20,000 bases of DNA from an uncultured virus (IMG/VR IMGVR_UViG_3300035208_004867) (lineage: Duplodnaviria > Heunggongvirae > Uroviricota > Caudoviricetes). The position numbers and the translations under genes were made by a program. The stretch lies in the IMG/VR virus record IMGVR_UViG_3300035208_004867; one strand, given 5' to 3'. This document shows positions 1 to 9,844 of this stretch, one piece after another (position 1 is the first letter of the stretch; every line of letters begins with the position of its first letter). Below the pieces are notes generated by a model that had not been told where the DNA came from, searched no databases, and worked only from the letters and a program-made list of their open reading frames with translations.

Positions 1-1032
1 CATAAGTGTGGTTGTGCAGATTCCCATAATCAGCCTGATCCGGCATGTACATTATGTAAAGGTGTCGGCTGGCAGTACTCTTTTGATAATAATGAAGAAA
101 TAATAGAATCAGACTGCAAAGCAGTAGATTCGCACACAATAGACCTTATAACCGAAGTGGCAGACGGAACTACTGTAGAATCAGCATATTTACCGGACGG
201 AACTTTTTTAACCATTGAAGGGGTGTACGGTCAGTGGCTTAAAGTAACAGAGACTCTTTCAGGGCGTGAAACGGTGTTTGTAACTTATAAGTCGCCAAGA
301 GAGGTAGCGCTCCCTTCAGAAATTGCTTATTATGCCGGAAACGGAATTGTTATGTTCAACGAAAAAGAATTTCTCAATGCAACAATGACAGTTCCTTATG
401 ACTTAGCAGATGTTACAAGCGTGAAAGACAGTTCCGGCAACAGTTTTACAGTAATAAGTTTTTCGGTAGACAGAATTATAATTGATGTTACGAGCAGTGA
501 ACCGGCAGTAGGTGATATTCTTACTGTCAGCGCAAAATATATGCCGCCTTTCAAAGTGGCAATAATCAATCAGAATCTTTCTGTGGTTGACAGGGATGCA
601 CTTAAAGATATCGGCGGAGACAGTATCCTTGTGTTTCCGTATAAATACCGGATTGCACAGGATGACATAATAAGTTGCTGGAATTCTTCTCAGATAAGAA
701 AACATATAGTAAGAAGAAATTCGATAAACCTTGAAGATGAACTTCCTGATCATTTTGTAACAGAAATAAGAAGTCTTTACGCAACGAAAGACAGTGTAAA
801 TACAGTGTATACAGAAGGTACACACTTCCAGAGAACAGGACGGGATACGATACGGTGGATTTCTGACACCAGACCGACAGATGGAAGTTATTATGCCGTA
901 GAATACGTAGCACTCATGTCATATAGAGTTATTCCTAACCTGCCAAACGTCCGTTCGAGTGAAAACAAGCGGTTCCCGATGCGTGCAGCGCTTAAATTAA
1001 TGACGGGAAAATCATCAGGAGACCCACTATGA
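1..1032 (+). CDS. Neck/head-tail connector protein with N-terminal Cys4 zinc-finger motif (5'-truncated)
   Basis: The frame of the 157..1032 ORF is open from base 1: HKCGCADSHNQPDPACTLCKGVGW (CxC-x10-CxxCxGxG). I recall this motif from neck proteins upstream of the sheath in SPO1/Twort-like myoviruses. The C-terminus (GTHFQRTGRDTIRW...YAVEY...YRV) fits the same family. The GTG at 157 is internal. Confidence 0.65.
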   Translation, partial: HKCGCADSHNQPDPACTLCKGVGWQYSFDNNEEIIESDCKAVDSHTIDLITEVADGTTVESAYLPDGTFLTIEGVYGQWLKVTETLSGRETVFVTYKSPREVALPSEIAYYAGNGIVMFNEKEFLNATMTVPYDLADVTSVKDSSGNSFTVISFSVDRIIIDVTSSEPAVGDILTVSAKYMPPFKVAIINQNLSVVDRDALKDIGGDSILVFPYKYRIAQDDIISCWNSSQIRKHIVRRNSINLEDELPDHFVTEIRSLYATKDSVNTVYTEGTHFQRTGRDTIRWISDTRPTDGSYYAVEYVALMSYRVIPNLPNVRSSENKRFPMRAALKLMTGKSSGDPL

Positions 1033-1916
1033 TAACAATACAGGCGTCGATAGATTCCGATATTCTCGAAGCAATAGACAGAATGAAACAGTTCAGCATG
1101 GGACTGCCTATGTCTGTAATGTTTCCTAATGCTGCTCAGGCAGTAAAAGCCGGGGCATATGCGATTGCAGAGCAGTGGAAAGCATACGCAGGCGGGGAAC
1201 CGTTACCGTCAGGTGATAAAATAAAAAATCCGTCAGGTGGATATGCTGCCGGGGTTGCCGTAAAACAGAACGGTATGTGGGATTATACAATTTACAATCA
1301 TTCTGATGTTGCAGACTGGCTTGAAAACGGTACACAGGCGGTAGACTTCAAACAGACACATCCGTACGGGCCGCGGGGAAGAGTCGCAAAGAAAAAAATA
1401 CCAAAGAAGGAAGGTGGCGGATACAGGTATGTTCCATATCTTATTGTTCCTGTCAGATGGGGAACGCCTAAAAGCGGAGCACGGATAGGAATAAAAAATA
1501 TTATTCCGGAACAAATTTATAACAGGTTACGAACAGAAATGAGAAAAGGGACTTTCAAGAAAACTATAGTTCTTGAAGGTGATAAATATACAAGTAATTT
1601 CTGGGGAGAATTGCAGAAACGTTCTTCCTATTCATGGGGAAGCCGGTTACAGGGAGATGCTTTTGAAGGTGTAGAAAATTCACTGAATACAGGTACACCA
1701 TATATAAGCGGTATGGTAAAAATGCAGGGTGCAGGATACATGACTTTTCGTGTAATATCTGCCGACTCACCTAAGAATTCATGGATAAAACCGGCAACAA
1801 AAGGTATGCAGATAGCAAAACAGACCGCAGATTTCATGACGGGTAAAGTGGATAAAATGGTTAACGAGGCGTTTAACGTTGATTTAAAAAATGCTTTCGG
1901 GGAGACGTCAGAATAA
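1029..1916 (+). CDS. Putative neck / tail-completion virion morphogenesis protein
   Basis: 295 aa, ATGA overlap with the upstream gene, basic. Contains WLENG, YLIVPVRW and YMTFRVIS..SPKNSWI.P motifs typical of phage tail-completion/neck proteins. Lies between the neck and tail terminator positions. Confidence 0.55.
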   Translation: MITIQASIDSDILEAIDRMKQFSMGLPMSVMFPNAAQAVKAGAYAIAEQWKAYAGGEPLPSGDKIKNPSGGYAAGVAVKQNGMWDYTIYNHSDVADWLENGTQAVDFKQTHPYGPRGRVAKKKIPKKEGGGYRYVPYLIVPVRWGTPKSGARIGIKNIIPEQIYNRLRTEMRKGTFKKTIVLEGDKYTSNFWGELQKRSSYSWGSRLQGDAFEGVENSLNTGTPYISGMVKMQGAGYMTFRVISADSPKNSWIKPATKGMQIAKQTADFMTGKVDKMVNEAFNVDLKNAFGETSE

Positions 1917-2623
1917 TGGCAATATATATAATGACTAAAGTTCCTGTTACAGAGGAACTTCTGAAGGACAACTTCTCAACTTATCTGAACACAAACATTA
2001 AATGGGGAGAACAGTATCCGAATTTCAAGAATATAAACATATCAAATGATCATCCGTTTGAGCAGATACTTGGCGGACCGGATGGTTCTGTACGTCCAGA
2101 TCTTTTTCCTTCAGTTACAATAATCTCATCAAATGACGGTGAAGTGCCCGGTATGGGAAAGAACTGGGAGATTGCAGAACTGGATAAAGGTGATATAGAT
2201 GACAGTTTTGAAAAAAAAGACTGGTATCTGTCTGCAACGGCACTTACTGCGGTAAAAGCATACCTTGCAGCTAACAATATGCTGTACGGAATACAACACA
2301 CGACAACATGGCGTGACAATATTTCTTTTGAAATATGGGCGGAAAATCTACGGATTAAAAACGATTTGTACAATCTGATTTTAGGTTATTTAACCGGACC
2401 GGAAATGATACAATTGCATAAAGACACAAATATTGTAATATTTACAAATACAATTCAGGGGCAGCGCAGCGGATATTATAATTTTGATGTTGCAGGAAGA
2501 ACGTTATATGGTGCGAGATTTACCATGAGTGTAGATTATCCGGTGCTGCAGGTATCATATGACACAACAGTAAAAAGTAAGGAAATTATAGGAAAACTTA
2601 TTGGGGAGGTTAAAAATGGCTAA
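1916..2623 (+). CDS. Putative tail terminator / tail-completion protein
   Basis: 235 aa, TAATG coupling, FPSVTI and ISFEIWAEN...KNDLYN motifs resembling tail terminator folds; just upstream of the sheath. Confidence 0.5.
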   Translation: MAIYIMTKVPVTEELLKDNFSTYLNTNIKWGEQYPNFKNINISNDHPFEQILGGPDGSVRPDLFPSVTIISSNDGEVPGMGKNWEIAELDKGDIDDSFEKKDWYLSATALTAVKAYLAANNMLYGIQHTTTWRDNISFEIWAENLRIKNDLYNLILGYLTGPEMIQLHKDTNIVIFTNTIQGQRSGYYNFDVAGRTLYGARFTMSVDYPVLQVSYDTTVKSKEIIGKLIGEVKNG

Positions 2624-2795
2624 AGAAGAAAAAGTTACAGAAATTCCTTCTTACATAACAAAATATCTTGAGACCAGATCAGATATTTCAGAAATGATGA
2701 AGAAAGTCTTATGTAAATTGTATAAAGGTGAGCTGCATACTGTTGCAGAATGGAAAGAAATTATTGACAGACGGATTGAAAAACCGGCTGTTTAA
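2616..2795 (+). CDS. Small hypothetical protein (59 aa) preceding the sheath
   Basis: GGAGG at 2605-2609 precedes ATG 2616 (MAKEEKV...), which is a better start than TTG 2601. Confidence 0.7.
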   Translation: MAKEEKVTEIPSYITKYLETRSDISEMMKKVLCKLYKGELHTVAEWKEIIDRRIEKPAV

Positions 2796-2811
2796 TTGGA
2801 GGTAAATAAAA

Positions 2812-4539
2812 ATGGGTGTAAGTCCTGTAGTATTTGAGACGGCCGGCCAGAGAACGCAACATTATATTCCCGGCGTATATACAAGAAATGCTTTTATCAA
2901 GGGAAGCGGTGGAGGAGTCTCTGCAAATGTAGGTGTTATACTTGGTCCGTCCAAAGGCGGTACACCTGATACACTGCTGCAGTTTGCATCTCCATCAGAA
3001 GCGAAAGCAACACTGCTTGATGGCGATCTGTTGCGCGGCGTATATTTTGCATTCAATCCCGGTGCAAGTCTTGTCCCGCAGTATGTTTATGCAATGAGAA
3101 TTAATGCCGGATCACAATCTTCAGGAACAATGAAAGACAGCGTACCAGCTATCCAGATTTCATTGACTTCTGTGGATTATGGTGTCCATACAAACAGCAT
3201 ATCAAGAAAGTTTGAAGCAGGAAGTACTCTGGGAACATACAAGATAACAATCAAATATGGTAATACCGATACTGAATCATGGGATGATATAACACATCCG
3301 TCTTTCTCAGTACAGTACACAGGCAGCGGTACAGCTTGTGTTATGACACTTACTACATCCGGAATAACTACAACAGTAGACAGTGTGGCTGATCAGAGTA
3401 TAAGCTTTGATACTTACACAACTGTACAGGATTTAGTTGATTATATAAATACACTGACTAACTATCAGGCCACTCTTGTAACCGGTGACGGATCTGAAAA
3501 AACAGTGGAACTTGATACAGTAACTTCTTCCGATATTAAAACAGCAGCGTATACAGTACATGCCGATTTAATGGAAATTATCGACACAATCAATCAGTCT
3601 GCTTATGTGACTGCCGCACATCCTTCTGCTACTACAACGAGAATTGTTCCTGCCGTTGATACAGCTTATGTTTATCTTTCCGGGGGAACTTCCGGTACAC
3701 AGACATCTACCGACTATGAGAATGCACTTACGGCACTTGAAACAGAAGATGCCTCAATGATAGCAACTACATCTACAGATGAAGCTGTACATCTTCTTAT
3801 TCAGCAGCACTGTGAAAGTATGTCAGGTACAACCGGCAAGCATGAACGTATGTTCTGGGTTGGAGGCTCTTCGGGTGAAACGGTTGCCGCAACTATAACC
3901 AGAGCTAAAAACCTCAGCTCGGAATACGGTAATCTTTGTTTTCCCGGATTTACCGCATATGATCCTGTTGATACTGACAATGGAATATCCACTTGGTCCT
4001 GTGCAATGTATGCCTGTAAACTTATCGGGCAGGAGATGGCAGTCTCCGTCAACGAACCTCTTACTAATAAACAGATAAGTGTACTGTCATGGGAAAAGAC
4101 ATTAACAAAGACGGAAACAGAAAAACTTATTGCAGGCGGTGTTACAGCAGGTGCGAAAGATGATTCCGGAAACTTTATCACGGTCAGGGCTGTAACAACC
4201 TATCAAGGAGATCTTCTGCAGAAGAATGAACGTTCTATGATGCGTGAAGCTTTATATATGTCAAAAGATTTCCGTGCAGCGTTTGCCGGTGATATAGGCC
4301 GTCCTCAGTCAGCAGTTGATACAGGAACCATATCAAGTGTGCTTAAATCAAAGGCTGTGTCTTGGAAAAATTCAGGATATATAGTCAAGGGAACAGATCA
4401 TGACTTGATATGGGGTATAACTATGACAGAAGACGGGGATGCTCTTTTTGTTGAGTATCATGTATATCTTACAGCACCCAGAAACTTTATTTTCGGCACG
4501 GCTAACCTTCACGTATTGAGTGAAACGGTTGCTTTGTAA
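2812..4539 (+). CDS. Contractile tail sheath protein
   Basis: 575 aa, GGAGG RBS, N-terminal PGVY, GPSKGG.P, LSGGTSG, and a C-terminal sheath core (PLTNK...LIAGGV...RAVTT...PRNFI); directly followed by the tube gene. Confidence 0.92.
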   Translation: MGVSPVVFETAGQRTQHYIPGVYTRNAFIKGSGGGVSANVGVILGPSKGGTPDTLLQFASPSEAKATLLDGDLLRGVYFAFNPGASLVPQYVYAMRINAGSQSSGTMKDSVPAIQISLTSVDYGVHTNSISRKFEAGSTLGTYKITIKYGNTDTESWDDITHPSFSVQYTGSGTACVMTLTTSGITTTVDSVADQSISFDTYTTVQDLVDYINTLTNYQATLVTGDGSEKTVELDTVTSSDIKTAAYTVHADLMEIIDTINQSAYVTAAHPSATTTRIVPAVDTAYVYLSGGTSGTQTSTDYENALTALETEDASMIATTSTDEAVHLLIQQHCESMSGTTGKHERMFWVGGSSGETVAATITRAKNLSSEYGNLCFPGFTAYDPVDTDNGISTWSCAMYACKLIGQEMAVSVNEPLTNKQISVLSWEKTLTKTETEKLIAGGVTAGAKDDSGNFITVRAVTTYQGDLLQKNERSMMREALYMSKDFRAAFAGDIGRPQSAVDTGTISSVLKSKAVSWKNSGYIVKGTDHDLIWGITMTEDGDALFVEYHVYLTAPRNFIFGTANLHVLSETVAL

Positions 4540-4561
4540 TGATGAACAGGAGGAATAAATA

Positions 4562-5041
4562 ATGGCTTTACCTACAGCTACAACTAAAATAATCGCAGGC
4601 GGCGCATGGTGTCAGGTGCGTATCAGGGAAGCATCCGGCGGGACTCTGAAGGTCATAGGACTTGCAACTGAAGCATCTTACAGTGAAGATTTCCAGCTTC
4701 AGCCGGCGGCCGTCATAGGATATCTTGGTCCTGCATCTATAGATTCTCAGGGATATACATGCTCTATTACAATAGGGACTTTCGTTCCTGAAAACAAGGC
4801 AAGTACAGGATATCCGGGAGCCGGTGACACGACACTGACCGATCTTCTTTCTACAAGAAGTGAGGTACAGGAAGCAGGAAAAGGGAAAACCTTTGATTAT
4901 CTTGATTTTTACAACACAGCCACAGGAGAAGTCATAAACGCTTTCTCTCAGGCAATAATATCTTCTGACGGATCAAGAATTGCGCCGAACAGTTATGTGT
5001 CACAGAACATAACTTTACTTTCTATCGAAAGGACGGTATAA
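4562..5041 (+). CDS. Tail tube protein
   Basis: 159 aa beta-rich protein directly after the sheath; AGGAGG RBS. Confidence 0.85.
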   Translation: MALPTATTKIIAGGAWCQVRIREASGGTLKVIGLATEASYSEDFQLQPAAVIGYLGPASIDSQGYTCSITIGTFVPENKASTGYPGAGDTTLTDLLSTRSEVQEAGKGKTFDYLDFYNTATGEVINAFSQAIISSDGSRIAPNSYVSQNITLLSIERTV

Positions 5042-5074
5042 TTTCATATCTAAATTTGAACAGAGGTGGAATTT

Positions 5075-5563
5075 ATGGAAGTAAAGAAAGGTTTTTCAAT
5101 CGGAAAATTATTTGAACAGAAACCTGCAGAAGAAACTCTGAAAAACAGCAGTGAGAAACCTGTTATTCAGGTCAAAGAAGATATTATAGGAAAACTGCTC
5201 AGTGGTGATCCTGTTAATAAAAAAATTGATACCTGTTATGGTGAATTTGAATTCAGGTACCCGTCAGGAAGTGATTCAATCAACATTGCCAGACGGAGAT
5301 CTGAATATATGGGGGATCATCCTCAGAATACTTTTGACGACGGAATGCTTTATCAGTTCCAGAAATGGGCAACTCTTGATGTTCTTATTTCAAAAGTCCC
5401 GGAAAAATTCAAGGAGGTATCTACGTGGGCTGATTTTCCTGATCAGGAGACTGCTGATGAGGTTTTCAACACAGGCATTACGTTTTGCTCAGGAATTCGG
5501 GAAAAAATTAAAAACAATCGATCTGGAAAATCTGAGTCAGCAGACAAATCAGGAAACAATTGA
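5075..5563 (+). CDS. Tail assembly chaperone (G-like)
   Basis: Lies between tube and tape measure. GAGGTG at 5063-5068 precedes ATG 5075, so GTG 5066 is within the RBS. Confidence 0.75.
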   Translation: MEVKKGFSIGKLFEQKPAEETLKNSSEKPVIQVKEDIIGKLLSGDPVNKKIDTCYGEFEFRYPSGSDSINIARRRSEYMGDHPQNTFDDGMLYQFQKWATLDVLISKVPEKFKEVSTWADFPDQETADEVFNTGITFCSGIREKIKNNRSGKSESADKSGNN

Positions 5564-5804
5564 GAAATTATGGATATGTGAGCATTTTAAGTTGTTGCCT
5601 ACGGATAAAAGAGTTACAGATCTTACAGAAGACCAGATTTCAATTATCATAAGCAATTATCTGAATATGGTTCCCGAAGATGAAATGAAAAAAGAATACT
5701 GGAAGCATCGAGTTAATAAAGCTCCGGATCCAGACTTGCTTTTAAACATAGGATACAGCAAGCAGCAGATTGATAAAATAACAAAGGAAATAAACAATGC
5801 CTGA
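5499..5804 (+). CDS. Tail assembly chaperone extension (T-like), probably reached by programmed frameshift; start coordinate approximate
   Basis: An overlapping frame encodes LWICEHFKLLPTDKRVTDLTEDQISII. There is no ATG/RBS near the overlap ahead of this motif, and the ORF ends overlapping the tape measure start. Confidence 0.65.
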   Translation, partial: GKKLKTIDLENLSQQTNQETIEKLWICEHFKLLPTDKRVTDLTEDQISIIISNYLNMVPEDEMKKEYWKHRVNKAPDPDLLLNIGYSKQQIDKITKEINNA

Positions 5805-7728
5805 TATAAGATATCATGTAGATGTAGACACCAGCGGTATGAAAAATGCCGCAAATGATTTTGACAGTTTCAAGCAGAAAATTTCCGATGTTATGGGTGT
5901 TACAGATCCCGGCAAAGTTGAGCAGTTCTGGGATGAATATAACTCAGGGCTTGAAAACCAGTTAAAAACCCTTGACAAGATAGAAAGTCTCAGAGCGAAG
6001 CAGACAAGAAATACCAATTTATCGTCTTCTGATGGAACTAACTGGGCGCATAATATTTTTTCTTTCGGACATACAGTGGGAGGACTTGCCGGCGGAGTAA
6101 CGAGGGATGCGGCAGGTGCCGTTGTAGGAGCCGGTGGTGATATTTTCAGTGACATATCAAAGATGTGGAAAGATTTGCCGATGCCTGCAAAAATTGCGAT
6201 GGGAGGAGCAGGCGCCGTTATAGGGACTGGATTTGCCGGTAATGAGTTGTCAAAACAGTACGAAAACGTAGCGCCACAGGTTATATCTGCTACAGCAGCA
6301 CTTGGGAGATTTGGAGAAACAGCAAAAGAACAGTCTGAGAATTTCCGTACGACGATGCGGAGCATTACAAATGTTTCAGCAGAATATGGATACAAGATAA
6401 CTCAGGGAGCGCAGACAATAGAATCACTTATGCGCGGCGGTACTCAGTCGGGAGCTGCCACAGGATTAAGTGAAGACGTTATGCGTCAGTCACGGTCTTT
6501 AGGGTATGCTTCTCCTCTTGCAAGTCTTACATCATTATCAGCTATTGGAAGCAGGTTTGGACTTGCAGGTAATTTATCGAATTATGCGCTTGGAAGTGCA
6601 GGAAAAACGGTAGGATGGGCAAGAACTGATGAGCAGGCTCAGGCTTTATTGTCCATGCTTCAGGGTAATGTTTCCGGAGGTGTAAATCTTACAAACGAAA
6701 ATGTAAAAACCATGGTTCAGGCTCAGAACTGGTTATACGGAGCATTCGGAGAAAGAGCTGCAGGGCAGGGCGGAGCCGCAATGTATCAGAACCTTTCAGG
6801 AGCACAGGCAGGCGCAACTTCTTTAAGTTCAAGCGGAAGTATGCTTCTTTACGAATCTGCAAGAAAACCCGGGGAAAATTATACTGACACGATGTCAAGA
6901 CTGGAGTCCGGTTTCAGTCCGAAGATATTTGATCAGTACAGAAAATCAATATCAGGATCATCAAACACAGAGCAGATAGAACTTGTAAGACAGGCATACG
7001 GAGTTAATTATACAGTTGCAAGAGATATGCTCAGTGCTAAAAGTGCCGATGATATTGCGAAAGTTTACAAGGCAACGAGCGGGCCGGGGACGGAAATTAA
7101 AAATACAACAGAAGTGGATATATTAAAATATCAGGAGCAGATTGCAGGAGATGTACGTAATATTGCTACAGGAACTTCTGACGTTAAGTCAGGCGTACTC
7201 AGAGGAGTAAGTGCTATAACAAGTCTTGCCGGTAACAGAGACGGAACATATGAAAGTTTAATAAGCGGCAAAAATGAAACTACAGTAGAAGAAAGGGAAG
7301 TTACCGCAAGAAAAAACGCCATGAAAAGAGCCGGATATGTAGATGATAAATTTATGAGCAGCAACTTCGGTAGTCTTTCAGCTGCAAATGCTGCCCTTAC
7401 CGGAAAGGGAGGAGATGTGAAATCAGCCTCTATGTGGCTATATTCTCGGTATGGATTAAATACAAATGATGCACGGGATGATATTCAGTTAATAAATAGC
7501 GCCTTGCAAAACAAATATTTTGTAAGACTGGCGACAGAAAAAGATCCAAATTTCATGAACAGAATTGCTGATATTAATAATCAGGAAAAAACAGACTGGT
7601 CTGCAAAAGAAATAAAACAAGCAGCATCAGAGATAGAAAAAGAAGCCGGAGCTGTAGGAATGTTAAATCAGATATTAAATGAACTTAAAACAGCCAACAA
7701 TAGCCCTGTTGTTATAAGGAAAAGATAA
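5797..7728 (+). CDS. Tape measure protein
   Basis: 643 aa, Ala/Gly/Ser-rich helical protein with hydrophobic Gly-rich segments (GGLAGGV...GGAGAVIGTG), directly after the chaperone pair; AAGGA RBS. Confidence 0.8.
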   Translation: MPDIRYHVDVDTSGMKNAANDFDSFKQKISDVMGVTDPGKVEQFWDEYNSGLENQLKTLDKIESLRAKQTRNTNLSSSDGTNWAHNIFSFGHTVGGLAGGVTRDAAGAVVGAGGDIFSDISKMWKDLPMPAKIAMGGAGAVIGTGFAGNELSKQYENVAPQVISATAALGRFGETAKEQSENFRTTMRSITNVSAEYGYKITQGAQTIESLMRGGTQSGAATGLSEDVMRQSRSLGYASPLASLTSLSAIGSRFGLAGNLSNYALGSAGKTVGWARTDEQAQALLSMLQGNVSGGVNLTNENVKTMVQAQNWLYGAFGERAAGQGGAAMYQNLSGAQAGATSLSSSGSMLLYESARKPGENYTDTMSRLESGFSPKIFDQYRKSISGSSNTEQIELVRQAYGVNYTVARDMLSAKSADDIAKVYKATSGPGTEIKNTTEVDILKYQEQIAGDVRNIATGTSDVKSGVLRGVSAITSLAGNRDGTYESLISGKNETTVEEREVTARKNAMKRAGYVDDKFMSSNFGSLSAANAALTGKGGDVKSASMWLYSRYGLNTNDARDDIQLINSALQNKYFVRLATEKDPNFMNRIADINNQEKTDWSAKEIKQAASEIEKEAGAVGMLNQILNELKTANNSPVVIRKR

Positions 7729-9233
7729 TGAGAAGTTATAAAAGAACGCCTGAATTTGTTGTTTCCGTTGTCCGTCCGAATTATTTTTCTGCGGATGATT
7801 ATGCTGAAACTTCTGTTGCCCAGTTCAATTCAGACGCAACTAATAATGTTCTTGTAGATTACAGATACAGAAATGAAATAGAATCGTTCTCGTCTGATTT
7901 CTCTATGACACTTTTACCGGCTTTTGTAGGCAACAGCAAAAAGACAGCCATGGACTATTTTCTTGTCAATGATGTTGTTAAAATATATGAATTCAAGAAA
8001 CTTAAATACGTAGGAATAATAAAATCTCTTAAATACAATGCACGTATGGACGGGGATAAACCAGAAAGAACGATAGTTGTATCAGGATACGGAGTCGGAG
8101 GTATAATAGAGAATTTTTCTCTGACTCTTGACAATATTGTACTTGCATCGGCAAAGACAAATTTAGACTCCATAAATAATTCTTTAATTACCAAACTTGC
8201 ATCATATCATGCTGCCGGATCTTCCATGCAGTCAATATTAAGCACAATAAAAGATGCTTATAAAACTGTTATTGCTGATCTCGCCGGATTTACAGAAGGA
8301 GAAGGGATATGGAAAGTAGTAGATCAGTATCTTGTTTTCTCTTCTGTTTACTCAAACATGTATATGAAGTATCCTTTTTCCGGTTCTCTTTTTAGTTATG
8401 ACGGGAATACACTTAAAGGCATATGGGATATGCTCGTATGTAAACCTTTACAGGAATTCTTCATCAGATGGGAACCTGTACAGAAAAAATATGTGATAAT
8501 TCTTCGGCCTACACCTTTCTCACCGGATGCATGGATGAATCTTAATATAACAACACTTGATCCTTTATATTATGATGATACGGAACTTGAGTTTTCTATA
8601 GATGAAATTAAAACATGGTTTTTTGCATATATGTCAGGAAGTTCCGACCCATACGAAGTAGCAAGAGTTACTTATAAAAACGGGATCATATGGCCAAAAA
8701 GTTCATCTTTGTCATCTTATGATAAAACGGTTTTACAAAAAAAATGGATGATGTACGGATATAAGCCGCTGGAAGTCTCTTTTAGATTTTGTGACATCGG
8801 GGTTCTTTCTGACAATAAAAATAAAATAACAATTCCAAAAAGCGGAATAAAAGGGGACGTATTCCCCGGCGGAAAAACAGTAACAGATGAGCAGCTGATG
8901 TCGGCGTATTCAAAGCAACTTTTTGACTGGTATAAAAGGATGGACGAGATGCTCAAAGGGACGATAGCGGGTATGACAATGGAAGATTCTCCTCTCGCCG
9001 GAGAAAGAATATACTGGCATGGAGCACAGTTTTATGTTGAGTCTGTAGAAGGAAGCTGGACATACGGCGGTGAAATGAGGACAACACTGCGCGTTACAAG
9101 GGGTGGTATATATAACTCTAATTTTAGTTCCGGCTCAGATGAGTCTGACAAAAACTGGTTTTTCAGAAAACTTGAAAAAACAGGGAATAAAATAGGAACA
9201 ACAGCAGTTGAGATGCAGGACAACGGTGTATGA
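7728..9233 (+). CDS. Baseplate hub protein (T4 gp27 / Mu gp44-like)
   Basis: 501 aa after the tape measure; IILRPTPF motif and C-terminal GERI...FYVESVEGSW.YGG...TTLRVTRG typical of hub proteins. Confidence 0.75.
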   Translation: MRSYKRTPEFVVSVVRPNYFSADDYAETSVAQFNSDATNNVLVDYRYRNEIESFSSDFSMTLLPAFVGNSKKTAMDYFLVNDVVKIYEFKKLKYVGIIKSLKYNARMDGDKPERTIVVSGYGVGGIIENFSLTLDNIVLASAKTNLDSINNSLITKLASYHAAGSSMQSILSTIKDAYKTVIADLAGFTEGEGIWKVVDQYLVFSSVYSNMYMKYPFSGSLFSYDGNTLKGIWDMLVCKPLQEFFIRWEPVQKKYVIILRPTPFSPDAWMNLNITTLDPLYYDDTELEFSIDEIKTWFFAYMSGSSDPYEVARVTYKNGIIWPKSSSLSSYDKTVLQKKWMMYGYKPLEVSFRFCDIGVLSDNKNKITIPKSGIKGDVFPGGKTVTDEQLMSAYSKQLFDWYKRMDEMLKGTIAGMTMEDSPLAGERIYWHGAQFYVESVEGSWTYGGEMRTTLRVTRGGIYNSNFSSGSDESDKNWFFRKLEKTGNKIGTTAVEMQDNGV

Positions 9234-9844
9234 AAAGGATAATAATAGAAGACAATAAACCTGTTACTCAGTCAGGGTTATCCCAGGCGGATACATTCGG
9301 TAAAAATATAAATATTGTTTATGGATATGTTACAAACATTTATATAAAACTTGCCGCGGTATCGGTAAAACTTGACAACGGAATAACGATTAAATATGTT
9401 TCTGTCCCGTCACGAGAATGGGAGTCAGGAGACGGTGCCGGTAAAACTGATATGCCGCCTGTAGGTTCAAGGGTGTCTGTTTTTTTTCCTTATGGGCAGC
9501 AGAATATTTCCGGTGTCCGTGTGCAGGATTCTCCGATAGACATTAAAAAGGATACTGACAGGCTGGTTACAGGGGAAGAGAATAAGATAACACATCTTTT
9601 AAAAGGCGGGATACAGACCGTATATGACCGTTCCACAGGCAATTATATCATAACTGATAAAGATAACAGTTCTTTTTCCATTACAATAAATAAGAAAAAC
9701 AGTATAATATCAGTTACAGACTGGAATTCAAACAAATTTGTCATGAACAGTGACGGGATTAATATTACTGATAAGAACAATAATACGATAGCGATGGCAA
9801 GCGGTAAAGTGACAATAAACAGTCATCTTGAGGTAACGTCGTGA
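9230..9844 (+). CDS. Baseplate central spike (P2 gpV / Mu gp45-like)
   Basis: OB-fold-like N-terminus with MPPVGSRVSVFF, followed by short beta-strand repeats (ITDKDN, VTDWNSN, ITDKNNN). Confidence 0.8.
   Translation: MKRIIIEDNKPVTQSGLSQADTFGKNINIVYGYVTNIYIKLAAVSVKLDNGITIKYVSVPSREWESGDGAGKTDMPPVGSRVSVFFPYGQQNISGVRVQDSPIDIKKDTDRLVTGEENKITHLLKGGIQTVYDRSTGNYIITDKDNSSFSITINKKNSIISVTDWNSNKFVMNSDGINITDKNNNTIAMASGKVTINSHLEVTS

Noticed and set aside
5202..5480. 5' part of the 200-aa ORF 5202..5804 as a real N-terminus
   Set aside because: It fully overlaps the chaperone gene, has no RBS at GTG 5202 and reads as off-frame sequence. Only the 3' part appears genuine.
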